Source of the DNA: a candidate division WOR-3 bacterium
GTDB taxonomy: Bacteria; Hydrothermota; Tepidihabitantia; Tepidihabitantales; Tepidihabitantaceae
Direction: 5' to 3'
Assembly: GCA_030612625.1 (NCBI GenBank)
Contig: JAUWNN010000002.1
Location: 1-39,634, forward strand
DNA: 39,634 bases
Shown: positions 18,325 through 27,685 of the stretch, in pieces
Layout of the letters: the number at the start of each line of letters is the position of its first letter
Numbering within the stretch: position 1 is the stretch's first letter
Notes under the pieces: generated by a model
What the model saw: only the letters and a program-made list of their open reading frames with translations
Databases searched by the model: none
Told to the model about the DNA's origin: nothing
Position numbers and translations under genes: made by a program

Positions 18325-19497
18325 ATGAAAGAACGAACTAAGCTTGTCCTGCTCATTGCCATATTCCTCGCTGCCTATTTCCTGCCCTTCGAGAGCCTGC
18401 GTTTCAGGGGCGCAATCATGGAAGGGTTCCACCTGCTGCAGGAGTATGCCCGGTTGCACGTACTCTTCTGTCTGGTGCCGGCGTTCTTCATTGCCGGCGC
18501 GATTCAGAACTTCCTGTCCCAGGCAACGGTACTGCGCTATCTCGGACCCAAAGCACCGAAGCCGCTTGCCTACGGAGTCGCATCGGTCTCGGGCGCAATT
18601 CTGGCGGTCTGCTCCTGCACCGTCCTGCCGATGTTCGCCGGCATCTACACTGCCGGAGCCGGCCTGGGTCCGGCAATCGCATTCCTCTATTCGGGCCCGG
18701 CAACCAACGTCCTGGCTATCATCCTGACCGCCCGGGTCCTGGGGTTTGAAATCGGCATCGCCCGGGCTTTGGGCGCGGTCCTTTTCGCCGCGATTGTCGG
18801 CCTGCTCATGGCTTTCTTCTTCCGCCGCGAAGAAACCGCCCGCGCGAACAGCGCGATATTCGAACAGGAAGGCGAAAAGCTCCGACGCAGCCTTGGCCAG
18901 AACATCCTCTACTTCCTTGTCATGATTGGCATCCTCGTGTTTGCGGCCTGGGGCAAGCCTTCCCAACCGGTCGGGTTCTGGAACTTGGTCTACGGCATCA
19001 AGTGGTATCTGGTCATTGGCCTGCTGGTCGTCCTCGGTCTGATGCTCTGGCGCTGGTTCGAGAAGTCCGAACTCAAGGCCTGGGTGATGTCCACCTGGGA
19101 CTTCACCAGGAAGATTCTGCCGCTGCTCTTTGCCGGCGTTTTCGTGGCCGGAATTCTGCTTGGCCGGCCGGGCACGGACAGCGGGTTAATACCATCAGGT
19201 GCGGTTGCGGGTCTGGTCGGCGGCAACTCGATTATCGCCAATTTCTTCGCCTCGATTGCCGGTGCTTTCATGTACTTCGCCACCCTGACCGAAGTGCCCA
19301 TTCTCCAAGGACTACTTGGCAGCGGCATGGGTAAAGGACCAGCCCTGTCCTTGCTTCTCGCCGGCCCGTGTCTTTCGCTACCCTCAATGCTCGTCATCCG
19401 CTCGGTTATCGGCACAAAGAAGACGCTCGTCTACGTCTGCATCGTGGTCGCCATGGCAACCTTGACCGGCATACTGTTCGGGCTTGTCGCCCGCTAG
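18325..19497 (+). CDS. ArsP/DUF318 family permease
   Basis: LAVCSCTVLPMFAGI, AFLYSGPATN, FMYFATLTEVPI, LLLAGPCLSLPSM. Confidence 0.9.
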   Translation: MKERTKLVLLIAIFLAAYFLPFESLRFRGAIMEGFHLLQEYARLHVLFCLVPAFFIAGAIQNFLSQATVLRYLGPKAPKPLAYGVASVSGAILAVCSCTVLPMFAGIYTAGAGLGPAIAFLYSGPATNVLAIILTARVLGFEIGIARALGAVLFAAIVGLLMAFFFRREETARANSAIFEQEGEKLRRSLGQNILYFLVMIGILVFAAWGKPSQPVGFWNLVYGIKWYLVIGLLVVLGLMLWRWFEKSELKAWVMSTWDFTRKILPLLFAGVFVAGILLGRPGTDSGLIPSGAVAGLVGGNSIIANFFASIAGAFMYFATLTEVPILQGLLGSGMGKGPALSLLLAGPCLSLPSMLVIRSVIGTKKTLVYVCIVVAMATLTGILFGLVAR

Positions 19498-19510
19498 AAA
19501 AGAGAACGAC

Positions 19511-19813
19511 ATGTCCTGGCTTGCCGGAATCCCCAGAGACGAAATCCCGTGGTTCCCCATTATCGACGCGGACAGATGCGTCAAGTGCGGCATGTGTATG
19601 AACTGCGGCAGAAGTGTTTATGACTGGACCTCCGACGGAGCTCGGGTAGTCCGACCCTACGACTGTGTCGTCGGCTGCAACACCTGCGCCAATCTGTGCC
19701 TTGGCCAGTGCATCACCTTCCCACCTATTGAGGAAGTCAGGAAGGTCTATCAACAGCACAAGGTCTGGCCCAAGGTGAAGGAAGAACTGAAGAAAGAAGG
19801 CAGAATAACATAG
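19511..19813 (+). CDS. Ferredoxin family protein
   Basis: IPWFPIIDADRCVKCGMCMNC...CVVGCNTCANLC. Confidence 0.88.
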   Translation: MSWLAGIPRDEIPWFPIIDADRCVKCGMCMNCGRSVYDWTSDGARVVRPYDCVVGCNTCANLCLGQCITFPPIEEVRKVYQQHKVWPKVKEELKKEGRIT

Positions 19814-19821
19814 GAGGTATC

Positions 19822-20061
19822 ATGGATATCAAAGTCCTCGGCGTAGGTTGCCCGCGCTGCACTGAGACCGAGAAGCGAATTAGAAATGTCCTGGCTGAAA
19901 TGGACATCGCCGCCAACCTGGAAAAGCTTACCGACATCAAGCTCTTCGCCTCAATGGGCGTGCTCCAGACGCCGGGAGTCGTCATTGACGGCGAAGTCAA
20001 GTCCCAAGGCAAGATTCCGAGCAAGGAAGAAATCAGAAACTGGCTTGAAGCCAAAGAGTAA
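19822..20061 (+). CDS. MTH895-like small redox-active disulfide protein
   Basis: IKVLGVGCPRC...GVLQTPGVVIDGEVK..GKIPS; RBS GGAGG. Confidence 0.9.
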   Translation: MDIKVLGVGCPRCTETEKRIRNVLAEMDIAANLEKLTDIKLFASMGVLQTPGVVIDGEVKSQGKIPSKEEIRNWLEAKE

Positions 20062-20090
20062 GGAGAGTTTCGCGGTTTTGGAACCATCGC

Positions 20091-21128
20091 TCACACAACC
20101 CGAACCCTGCCCTGCCCTAAGTTAACATGACCAACCGTGACTGCCTGAGAAACTCCGGCTTGGTGCAACCGGGCCAACAGCTCCCCGGCCTTTTGTGCCG
20201 ATACCGCAATCAGCAGTCCGCCTGATGTCTGCGCATCACAGAGCAGCATCTGCAGTTCCTCTGACACCGCAGACGCAAACTCGGCCCTGGTCTTCATGAA
20301 TTGATAGTTCTTCACCGAGCCTTCGGGAAAAAGGCCCTGTCGTGCGAGGTCAAACGCCTCGGGTATGATTGGCACTTGATTTGCTTCAATCACCAGGTCA
20401 ACATTGCTGGCATCAGCCATTTCCCAGGCATGACCCAGAAGTCCGAACCCGGTAATGTCGGTTGCCGCATTCACCCCGACCGTAATCATCGCTTCAGCCG
20501 CAGAACGGTTGAGTTCACTCATGGTACGGTTGGCCTGTTCTACCGCTCGGGCAGAAGCCAGGTCTGCACGCAGCGCGGTCGTGATGATGCCGATGCCAAG
20601 CGGTTTGGTGAGAACCAGAGTGTCGCCGGGCCGGGCACCACTGTTAGCGATGATTCGCTTCGGATGAACCAGACCGGTGACCGCAAGCCCGCACTTCACC
20701 TCCGCATCCTTCATCGTGTGCCCGCCCAAGACCACGGCGTCCGCCTCCCGAACCTTATCCCACATCCCGGCAAGCACAGCACGGACTGTTTCATGCTCAA
20801 TCTCGCCGACCGGGTAGCCGACAATAGCCAGTGCGGCGATAGGTGTACCTCCCATCGCATACACGTCGCTCAAGGAATTGGCGGCTGCTATCTGCCCGAA
20901 TGCGTACGGGTCGTCCGCAATTGGAGTAAGCACATCGACCGTCTGCACAAGGGCCTGGTCTGGGTCTAAAGCATACACTCCGGCATCGTCCGAGGTTTCG
21001 CTGCCAACGAGCAGGCTCGGATGCTCGAATCGAGGAAGCTGATGCAGAACCTGCATCAGGTCTTCCTGGCACACCTTGGAGGCTCAGCCCGCAGCCCGAG
21101 CGTAGTCGATGAACCGTCGCTCTTCCAT
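20091..21128 (-). CDS. selD: Selenide, water dikinase; selenocysteine form (UGA at 21086-21084)
   Basis: RBS GAGGAGG, then MEERRFIDYARAAG-U-ASKVCQEDL in frame with the track ORF; DDAGVY, QTVD, AANSLSDVYAMGG, TDITGFGLLGH, DAQTSGGLL. Confidence 0.93.
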
Positions 21129-21137
21129 AATCCTCCT

Positions 21138-21761
21138 CTAGATTCCTATGACCTTGTCACTGTCCATGAGCATCTCGGCCAGCTCATACATGTTGGAAAC
21201 GGTGCCGACTCGCACCTGGTCCTTCAGTCCAAAGAAATCCAGACACGTGCCGCAAACCCTGACCTCCGTGCCCTGATTCTCAAGAGTCTTGAGTGCATCC
21301 AGAACCTCGGACTCGGCCAGGGACAGCTTCACCCCGCTGTTCATCAGCGCCAGGGATGCGGGCCTGGAAGGAAGTTCGACCAGGGTACGCAGGAACAGAC
21401 CCATGAGCAACTTGCCGAGCTTGTCATCACCCCGACCAAGCCGGTCCGAGCTGACGAACACTGCTGTTCCAGTCTTCGCACAGGGAGCCGCGACTTGCGA
21501 ACCTCTGACAATCGTGACCGCATAAACGCCCGGCTCCCGTTCCTTGCAGGAAACCTGACAACCGGCTCGTTCGGCAAATCGGACGATGTTGTCTCTGGAT
21601 GTTGGGCTGTCGGTGAGCACAACGACCTTTCCGCGCGGTGTGGATTCAATCGCCTTCCTGGTCCGGACAACCGGCTCAGGACAAACCAGACCCCTGACAT
21701 CCACCTCGGTTGCGCCGCCCTCATCACTTTGAGGCCCTCTGTCTTTGTCCGCATTCATCAT
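21138..21761 (-). CDS. yedF: YedF-like selenium metabolism protein (TusA/SirA + DsrE domains)
   Basis: VDVRGLVCPEPVV; LGRGDDKLGKLLM; MNSGVKL; CGTCLDFFGL; GTVSNMY; adjacent to selD. Confidence 0.85.
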   Translation of the reverse strand: MMNADKDRGPQSDEGGATEVDVRGLVCPEPVVRTRKAIESTPRGKVVVLTDSPTSRDNIVRFAERAGCQVSCKEREPGVYAVTIVRGSQVAAPCAKTGTAVFVSSDRLGRGDDKLGKLLMGLFLRTLVELPSRPASLALMNSGVKLSLAESEVLDALKTLENQGTEVRVCGTCLDFFGLKDQVRVGTVSNMYELAEMLMDSDKVIGI

Positions 21762-22108
21762 TTACCTCCTGAATCGCTGCCGACAGCATCCTGCTCAGAA
21801 ACTTTGTGTTCGGCACTGCTGTAATTTAGGACTTGTGACGGTCTGATTCCCTGTTCGGCCAGCATCGACAGAACGGCAGCCGCCGATCGCTCCTCAACCA
21901 GCAACAGCACCCCGCAGCCCTGAATTCGACGGGGTGCTACGAGAACATCGAAGCCCTTCTCTTTAAGGAACTCACCGGCCCGGAGCAACTGGTGAACCGA
22001 CCCGAAAGCCAAGGCAGAACAGGAAGCCAAGAAAGGGTGCACCCCGGACACAGGCTGCCCGTGTGCGAAAGTGGTGGAGACTCCACCACCATCATCTCCG
22101 ACAGTCAC
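21758..22108 (-). CDS. DUF3343-like putative Se/S carrier (start uncertain)
   Basis: AFGSVHQLLRAGEFLKEKGFDV..APRRIQGCGVLL; selD context. Confidence 0.6.
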   Translation of the reverse strand: MTVGDDGGGVSTTFAHGQPVSGVHPFLASCSALAFGSVHQLLRAGEFLKEKGFDVLVAPRRIQGCGVLLLVEERSAAAVLSMLAEQGIRPSQVLNYSSAEHKVSEQDAVGSDSGGK

Positions 22109-22184
22109 AAACGTGTCCTCACTGCTTGCTTCAGCGTCATCCTGCAGCTCTCCACAAACTTGCTCCGCCAGCTTTCTCCTGAAC

Positions 22185-22967
22185 CTATGGCCTCAACATC
22201 ACCTTGCAGACCGTGGACTCCGAGCCTGCGGTCAGCCGCAGCAAGTAAACACCGCCGGGCAGTTTCTCATCTTGTGACCACTGCAAACGATGCTGTCCGG
22301 CATCGCACCGGCTATCCAGCAGGGTCCTGACCGGCCGGCCGTTGATGTCGTAGAGAGCCATGTTGCACCGCGTCTGTCTGCTGTTCGGCAGCTCGGGCAC
22401 CTCGTAGTTCACCGTGGCCCCGCTTCTCACCGGGTTTGGCACGACCCGCAACCCGATTCTTCGGGACTTCCAAACCGGTTCGTCCTCTCCGATACCAACG
22501 CCTGCGAGGGTGTACGTCGTTATCGAATCTGCAAGGGACGGGTTTCCTATCGAACGGACGTGCAGATTCAGTATCTCTTCGCCGTGCGTAGTGCTTGTGT
22601 ACACCGTGATATGAATCAGTGTATCTTGCTCGCCAACTGCGAGGGTGTCATACAACACCTGTCCTGGCTCTGCTCACCTGAAACCAACACAGTAACTGAC
22701 ATACCAGTCCGGGACACCCTGAAGCACCCGGCAGTCGAACTCGTACACGTCCGGCTCGGTCCCGGTATTGGTCAGGGTGAAATGGAACTCGACAACCTCG
22801 CCCGGCTCGACCTGCTGCACCGTATCACTTCGACTGATGAACTCAAACTGGTAGCCAGCCAGGAGCGGGCTTGCGGCCAAGAGCAGCGCGGCGAGCAGGA
22901 CGGCCATGCCGCGCGCCGGCCGCTTCAGGATTGACTTTTGACTTCTGACTTCTGACTTCTGACTCAT
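22185..22967 (-). CDS. Secreted Ig-like protein with C-terminal sorting domain; putative selenoprotein (UGA at 22676-22674)
   Basis: Track ORFs 22674-22967 and 22185-22658 are one frame: WYVSYCVGFR-U-AEPGQVLYDTL; signal peptide in the first half, sorting tail in the second; hairpin GGUGUU-GUAU-GACACC 14 nt after UGA. Confidence 0.75.
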
Positions 22968-22970
22968 TGC

Positions 22971-23780
22971 CTACCTCCTCTGTTCTTCAAACCTCCTGCA
23001 GAAAGCGGTCTGCAGGATTTTTCTAGTTGTCATGTCCTGGACGAATGCGACCGCGCCCAGCATTGACCGGTTCCAGAACTCCTTGATTGGAAACGTCTCC
23101 TCCACCACCAAGGTATCGCCCTTGAGCAGGCTGACCCGAGTGCCGTTCTCGTCCGGCAACATCTGCCTCATGACGCCATTGAAGACCGAGTCGGTCGCAC
23201 CGGACGGACAGGTCCGAACACTGTCCTCCTGGACTACAATAAACAGCCTGAGACTTTCCACTGGAGTCGAATCCACGCCGGTCGCTCTCACGCGGACCGT
23301 GCCAGTGCCTGTTGCCAAGGTCGCTTCCAGACTCAACTGAGCCTTTGGAGTTACGCTCCGGGCCGCCAGGATGTAGTTACGGAACGTCTCGTAGTTATGT
23401 TCTGGCCCTGAAGTTCGAATCACATCGCCGCCATCGAATACCGTTGCCGGCTCACCGCCCGAGTCATAGTACAGCCGGCGCCGGGTTTCGACATACTCAG
23501 GACAGAGCGTATCTCCTGCCACGCGCCGGTGATAAGCAATAACCACCAGGCTGTCCGCGAACTCCTCGGCCAGGCTGTCGAGAGCATGTGCCGCATAGGG
23601 GCAGTAGACGCAGCGCACAAAAGTGAAGAACTCGACCAGCACCACCCGGTTCGTCGGAATAATCTGCAACTCCGGGGCCTCAGAGCAACCGGCAAGAGCA
23701 ACCAGAGCGGCTGCCAGCAAGCAAAGGAGCCTGCCGGAACGGACGAGACGGCCTAGTCCAGGCCGATGCATGGTAGTCAT
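22971..23780 (-). CDS. Omp28-related thioredoxin-fold lipoprotein (exact start uncertain)
   Basis: Lipobox LAGC; RVVLVEFFTFVRCVYCPYA; VIAYH; PATVFDG; VAFVQD. Confidence 0.82.
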   Translation of the reverse strand: MTTMHRPGLGRLVRSGRLLCLLAAALVALAGCSEAPELQIIPTNRVVLVEFFTFVRCVYCPYAAHALDSLAEEFADSLVVIAYHRRVAGDTLCPEYVETRRRLYYDSGGEPATVFDGGDVIRTSGPEHNYETFRNYILAARSVTPKAQLSLEATLATGTGTVRVRATGVDSTPVESLRLFIVVQEDSVRTCPSGATDSVFNGVMRQMLPDENGTRVSLLKGDTLVVEETFPIKEFWNRSMLGAVAFVQDMTTRKILQTAFCRRFEEQRR

Positions 23781-23890
23781 ATCTCTGTACTGAAGTAATG
23801 AATCCGGCCCCAGTCATCCTTCACAGTGCCGATGACCACCGCGGCCAGACCGCAGACGAGAAAAATAGCGAACAACACACGTCTGACCAC
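23753..23890 (-). CDS. CD1871A-like small membrane protein with UxxC motif (putative selenoprotein, absent from ORF track)
   Basis: GTG start; (M)VRRVLFAIFLVCGLAAVVIGTVKDDWGRIHYFSTEI-U-LPCIGLD*; UGA at 23779-23777; hairpin CGGCCUG-GAC-UAGGCCG 11 nt downstream. Confidence 0.75.
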
Positions 23891-24060
23891 TACACTCTCT
23901 TGTTCGGGATGAAGGATGGAACTGCCCGACCGAAAGGATGGCCGGACGAAAACGGAGGGGATGCTCTTCCTGGAGACAAACTGTCTCCTATGAGTCGAGG
24001 AGTCATGTGTTCCACCTCCGGCCCATCAGCAGCAGACGCTTGGTAGAACTCATCACATAT

Positions 24061-24088
24061 AGAATAGCTGACCCACTATTCCTGTCGA
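24061..24088 (-). promoter_or_regulatory. Promoter TCGACA-N16-TATTCT upstream of the selenium cluster
   Basis: Minus-strand hexamers at 24088-24083 and 24066-24061. Confidence 0.45.
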
Positions 24089-24146
24089 GCCCGCCCATCT
24101 GCACACGTACATCCGGGAACCTTGCGTCTTACGCCTTGCCGTCTGC

Positions 24147-24326
24147 CTATCCGCAGCAGCGGCTGTCGCCTTCCGGCGGAGCTTCATCTCCCGCCTTCCT
24201 GACCTTCAGCGGCGTGTCGCAGCACTTGATGACGCATCCCTTCTCGCAACTGCAGCTCTTGGTCACAGTCATTTCGAGCCCGCAGTCCGGGCAGTATACT
24301 ACGTCTCCGACCTCGAAAGATACCAT
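24147..24326 (-). CDS. Small Cys-rich metal-binding protein (desulforedoxin-like)
   Basis: RBS GGAGAG; MVSFEVGDVVYCPDCGLEMTVTKSCSCEKGCVIKCCDTPL...RCCG. Confidence 0.7.
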   Translation of the reverse strand: MVSFEVGDVVYCPDCGLEMTVTKSCSCEKGCVIKCCDTPLKVRKAGDEAPPEGDSRCCG

Positions 24327-24384
24327 CTCAACTCTCCCTTCAGATTGCGCCCGCAGTTCTGCTCTGACATACCACAAGCCGGCC

Positions 24385-24789
24385 TTATGCGCTGACCATC
24401 AGCTTTCCGGCATCGGGTCCGCGCGAGGCGTTATACACCTCGGTTACCTTAAACACAACCACGCCTTTGAAGTTCTTGTCCGGCTTTTTCTTGTGCAGGT
24501 TGCCGTTGGCCAGGTCATAGGCCGAGCCTGAGGTCTCGTAGGTTGCGGTCCCCTTCAGCTTGTAGGCTTCACCACCTTCGCTGCAGCCCGAGATACAGAC
24601 CCTGCCGTTGGCTTGAATGTTAGCCTTGGTCGCCTTCATGAACAGGTCGCCAATCACCATGGTATCTTCATCAAACCACCAGTACTGAAGCATCGGCACA
24701 ACATTGGGCACGCAGTTCTCATCAACTGTGGCAAGATAAACCATAAGACCATTGCCGAACATCTCTTTTACCTGCTCCGGAATCCGCAT
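24385..24789 (-). CDS. Pyridoxamine 5'-phosphate oxidase-like FMN-binding protein
   Basis: YLATVDENCVPNVVP...IGDLFMKATKANIQAN...AYKLKG; RBS AGGAG. Confidence 0.85.
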   Translation of the reverse strand: MRIPEQVKEMFGNGLMVYLATVDENCVPNVVPMLQYWWFDEDTMVIGDLFMKATKANIQANGRVCISGCSEGGEAYKLKGTATYETSGSAYDLANGNLHKKKPDKNFKGVVVFKVTEVYNASRGPDAGKLMVSA

Positions 24790-25061
24790 TACTTCTCCTT
24801 TCTGAAAAACACCCAGCATTCGCAGTGTCCATCCTCGTCCACTTCTTCGTCCATTTCCGGGCATGGACAGAGCGGGTCTTTTTCCGGGTCCAAGGGATGA
24901 TGCTGCTTGCACGGGCAGTAGTACTTTCCGAACTGCTCGAAGTTGTTGACCATCCGTTCGAGCATCTTATTCAGATGCTTCTCATTCGGATTCAGAATAC
25001 ATCCGTGTTCCTCAGCAATCGCCTTGACCCGGTCGAGGTTCTCCTGAAACGCATCAGCCAT
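24789..25061 (-). CDS. Ferredoxin:thioredoxin reductase catalytic subunit-like protein
   Basis: YYCPC...LCPC...GHCEC pattern. Confidence 0.85.
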   Translation of the reverse strand: MADAFQENLDRVKAIAEEHGCILNPNEKHLNKMLERMVNNFEQFGKYYCPCKQHHPLDPEKDPLCPCPEMDEEVDEDGHCECWVFFRKEK

Positions 25062-25078
25062 ATAGCTGCCTCGTTTTC

Positions 25079-25942
25079 CTACGGCAACGTCACCCAGAAA
25101 TCGAGCCCGATATCGAACGGCTGAAGCGAGCCGCCCTTGCACGCAAACTCAAGCGGCACCCCGACTTTGGGCCGAATTGCCAGCTTCGGAATCGGCTTCC
25201 ATATCGCGCCGAACCAGGCTTCATGCCGGTCCTTAGCGCTCTTCGCGTTCGTCACGCCATCGACTTTGGTTTCCGCCAGCATCATGCCGCCGACCGAAAG
25301 GAACACACCCGTTTTCTTGTTGAACTTGTAATCCACCTTCACGACGTACTCAAACATGTTGCCGACATCGTATTCCTTCTCGACTTCTTCCACTGTCTTG
25401 GTGTACTTGCCGTTCAGCCAGTACCCGAGTCGCAGATGGCCGATGAACCCGGCCAGCTTCTGGGTCTGGGCAATAGCGCCGAACCCGAAGTCCAGGGTCC
25501 GGTCGCCCAGCGACGGGTTCGCGTCTTCGGGTGCGGTCGGCAGAATCGCAGCAACCGACAGGGTCAGCTTTACCGGTGTCAGCTTGCCTTTGAGCACCCC
25601 GTATCTCGCCTTGAGCCAGGCATCGCCGAGCCCCAAAGAACTGTGGTCGCCTTTGCTCTTTGAATACAACGGGGCTACGACACCGAGCTCCAGGCCCTTG
25701 AACAGGCCGAGTCCGACCATTGGCAGAAACTTGATGACCGTGGTCTTCTTGTCGTCGGCAAGGTCTTTCCATTCACTGTTGTCCCAGTCGTACCCTCTCG
25801 CGGTCTGCATGTACCCGTTCGGCACCAGGACCATCAACTGCATCGGTTTGAGTGTCGATGCTCCGCGCCATATCAGCGGCGAAGCGGACACGCTGCTAAC
25901 GGCCACAGCAAGAACGGCCGCCAGTATCAGACTTTTCTTCAT
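25079..25942 (-). CDS. Putative outer-membrane beta-barrel (transporter-like)
   Basis: Signal peptide; GLGDAWLKARY; amphipathic strands; aromatic residues near the C-terminus. Confidence 0.7.
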   Translation of the reverse strand: MKKSLILAAVLAVAVSSVSASPLIWRGASTLKPMQLMVLVPNGYMQTARGYDWDNSEWKDLADDKKTTVIKFLPMVGLGLFKGLELGVVAPLYSKSKGDHSSLGLGDAWLKARYGVLKGKLTPVKLTLSVAAILPTAPEDANPSLGDRTLDFGFGAIAQTQKLAGFIGHLRLGYWLNGKYTKTVEEVEKEYDVGNMFEYVVKVDYKFNKKTGVFLSVGGMMLAETKVDGVTNAKSAKDRHEAWFGAIWKPIPKLAIRPKVGVPLEFACKGGSLQPFDIGLDFWVTLP

Positions 25943-25943
25943 C

Positions 25944-26879
25944 CTATCCTCCTTTGGTTGTTTCTATCTGCTTACTGCTTTCCTTCATCACTTCTTCCAG
26001 CACGGTCCGGACCCGCAGAAGCGCTTCGACGAATTCCGGTGCCACCCGGTCGCGCGGCCGCCTGATATCAACCGGAAAATCGTCGGCAATCCGCGAGGGC
26101 CGGTCCGCCATCGCCACCACCCGCTGCCCGAGGTAGACCGCTTCGTCGATGTTGTGGGTAACGAACAGGACCGTCTTGCCGGTACGCTCCCAGACCGACA
26201 GCAGTTCATCCTGCAGCCGGTGCCTCGTGCGCTCATCCAGGGCTCCGAACGGCTCATCCATCAACAGCAGGTCCGGGTCGGTCGCCAGGGACCGAGCGAT
26301 TGCCACCCGCTGTTGCATCCCGCCCGAAAGCTCGTACGGCCGGCTCCGGGCAAACCGCGCGAGCCCGACCATACCAAGCAGCTCCTTTGCCCGGGCGTGC
26401 CGCTCGCGCTTCCCGGTCCCGCGCATCTCCAGTCCGAACGCGACGTTGTCGAGCACGTTCCGCCAGGGGAAAAGCGAATACTGCTGGAACACCATCCCGG
26501 TATCCTGCCGCGGACCGGCCACCGGTTCCTCACCGACCATCACGATTCCCGAACTGGACGCGAGCAGCCCGGCCACAATCCGCAACAGCGTGGTCTTGCC
26601 GCACCCGGTCGGCCCGACCAGGCAGGTAAAGCTCCCCGGCTCGATTGCCAGGTCGATGCCGTCGAGTGCGATGACACTTCCGCCGTCCCGGCCCTGGAAC
26701 ACCTTGCTGAGGTTCTCAATCCTGATTCCCGCATTCGGCACTCGCAACTCACCCTGGAACCCTGGGACCCTTGGACCCTTGGACCCTTTCCTCTTGTCAT
26801 TCGTCACTCGAACTTCCCCCGTCACCGCTCCAAGGCCTGCCAGCCGGTGAACGGCCGCCCGAGCAACCCGATGCCCCAT
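25944..26879 (-). CDS. NitT/TauT family ABC transporter ATPase (true start probably near 26740-26805)
   Basis: GPTGCGKTT, LSGGMQQR, LLMDEPFGALD, FVTHNIDEA. Confidence 0.93.
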   Translation of the reverse strand: MGHRVARAAVHRLAGLGAVTGEVRVTNDKRKGSKGPRVPGFQGELRVPNAGIRIENLSKVFQGRDGGSVIALDGIDLAIEPGSFTCLVGPTGCGKTTLLRIVAGLLASSSGIVMVGEEPVAGPRQDTGMVFQQYSLFPWRNVLDNVAFGLEMRGTGKRERHARAKELLGMVGLARFARSRPYELSGGMQQRVAIARSLATDPDLLLMDEPFGALDERTRHRLQDELLSVWERTGKTVLFVTHNIDEAVYLGQRVVAMADRPSRIADDFPVDIRRPRDRVAPEFVEALLRVRTVLEEVMKESSKQIETTKGG

Positions 26880-27682
26880 GACAGCAGGGCCCCGACCAGG
26901 CCGATGAGAATCATCCCGGTAATCAGCACGTCCATCTCGGCCAGCTCATACGCGTAGATAATCAGATACCCGATTCCCGAATCACTGCCTGGCAGCATCT
27001 CAGCCGCGACAATCACCATCCACGCTACGCCCAGTCCGACTTTCAGACCAGTGAATATCGAAGGCAGGGCCGCGGGCAGCACCACTTTGCGGAATACCTG
27101 GCCCGGCTTCGCCCCGAGGGTCAGGGCCGACTCGACGTACACGTCCCTGACCCCGAGCACACCGTCCACAGTGTTGAGCAGTATCGGGAAGAACGCACCG
27201 TAGAACAGGATGAACAGCATCCCGACCTGGATTGTGTCGAAGACGGTGTCCGAATACCGCACCCCGAACAGGTTCACTACCGTGTAGGTCTTGAACACCG
27301 CCATCGTGAACGGCAGCCAGGCAATCGGGCACAGGGGCCGGAACATCTCGACAAACGGGCCGACTACCCGGCGCACAAACCTGATGCGGCCCATCAGGAG
27401 CCCGAGCGGCACCGCGACGACTGTCGCCAGGGTGAACCCCATCAATACCCGCACCCCGGAAACCGCGATGTTGTATACCAGGGACCCGGTTTCGAGCACG
27501 TTGTCGAGCGGGTGAATCAGCCGGTCGAATACCGCGCCGACGCGGGGCAGGAGCCACGGGTTGTGAAGCCGGACTGCCAGGAATTCCCAGACCGCAAGCA
27601 GGAGAATCGGCAGCACCACCGCCAGGCCGATGCGGCCCAGCTTCCTGCCCAATCCCTGCCTGCGGTCCGGGTTCTGAGGCAC
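26822..27682 (-). CDS. NitT/TauT family ABC transporter permease
   Basis: ESALTLGA...VVLPAALPSIFTGLK...WMVIVAAEM...GIGY. Confidence 0.93.
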   Translation of the reverse strand: MPQNPDRRQGLGRKLGRIGLAVVLPILLLAVWEFLAVRLHNPWLLPRVGAVFDRLIHPLDNVLETGSLVYNIAVSGVRVLMGFTLATVVAVPLGLLMGRIRFVRRVVGPFVEMFRPLCPIAWLPFTMAVFKTYTVVNLFGVRYSDTVFDTIQVGMLFILFYGAFFPILLNTVDGVLGVRDVYVESALTLGAKPGQVFRKVVLPAALPSIFTGLKVGLGVAWMVIVAAEMLPGSDSGIGYLIIYAYELAEMDVLITGMILIGLVGALLSWGIGLLGRPFTGWQALER

Positions 27683-27685
27683 GAG

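Noticed and set aside
23925-23975. SMK (SAM-III) riboswitch-like CCGAAAGGATGG...GATGC
   Set aside because: On the + strand with no downstream + gene, and the 3' consensus is missing.
25356-26957. 533-aa + strand ORF and other long antisense ORFs (717-1676, 11538-12719, 36712-37788)
   Set aside because: Shadow frames of well-supported genes in GC-rich DNA.
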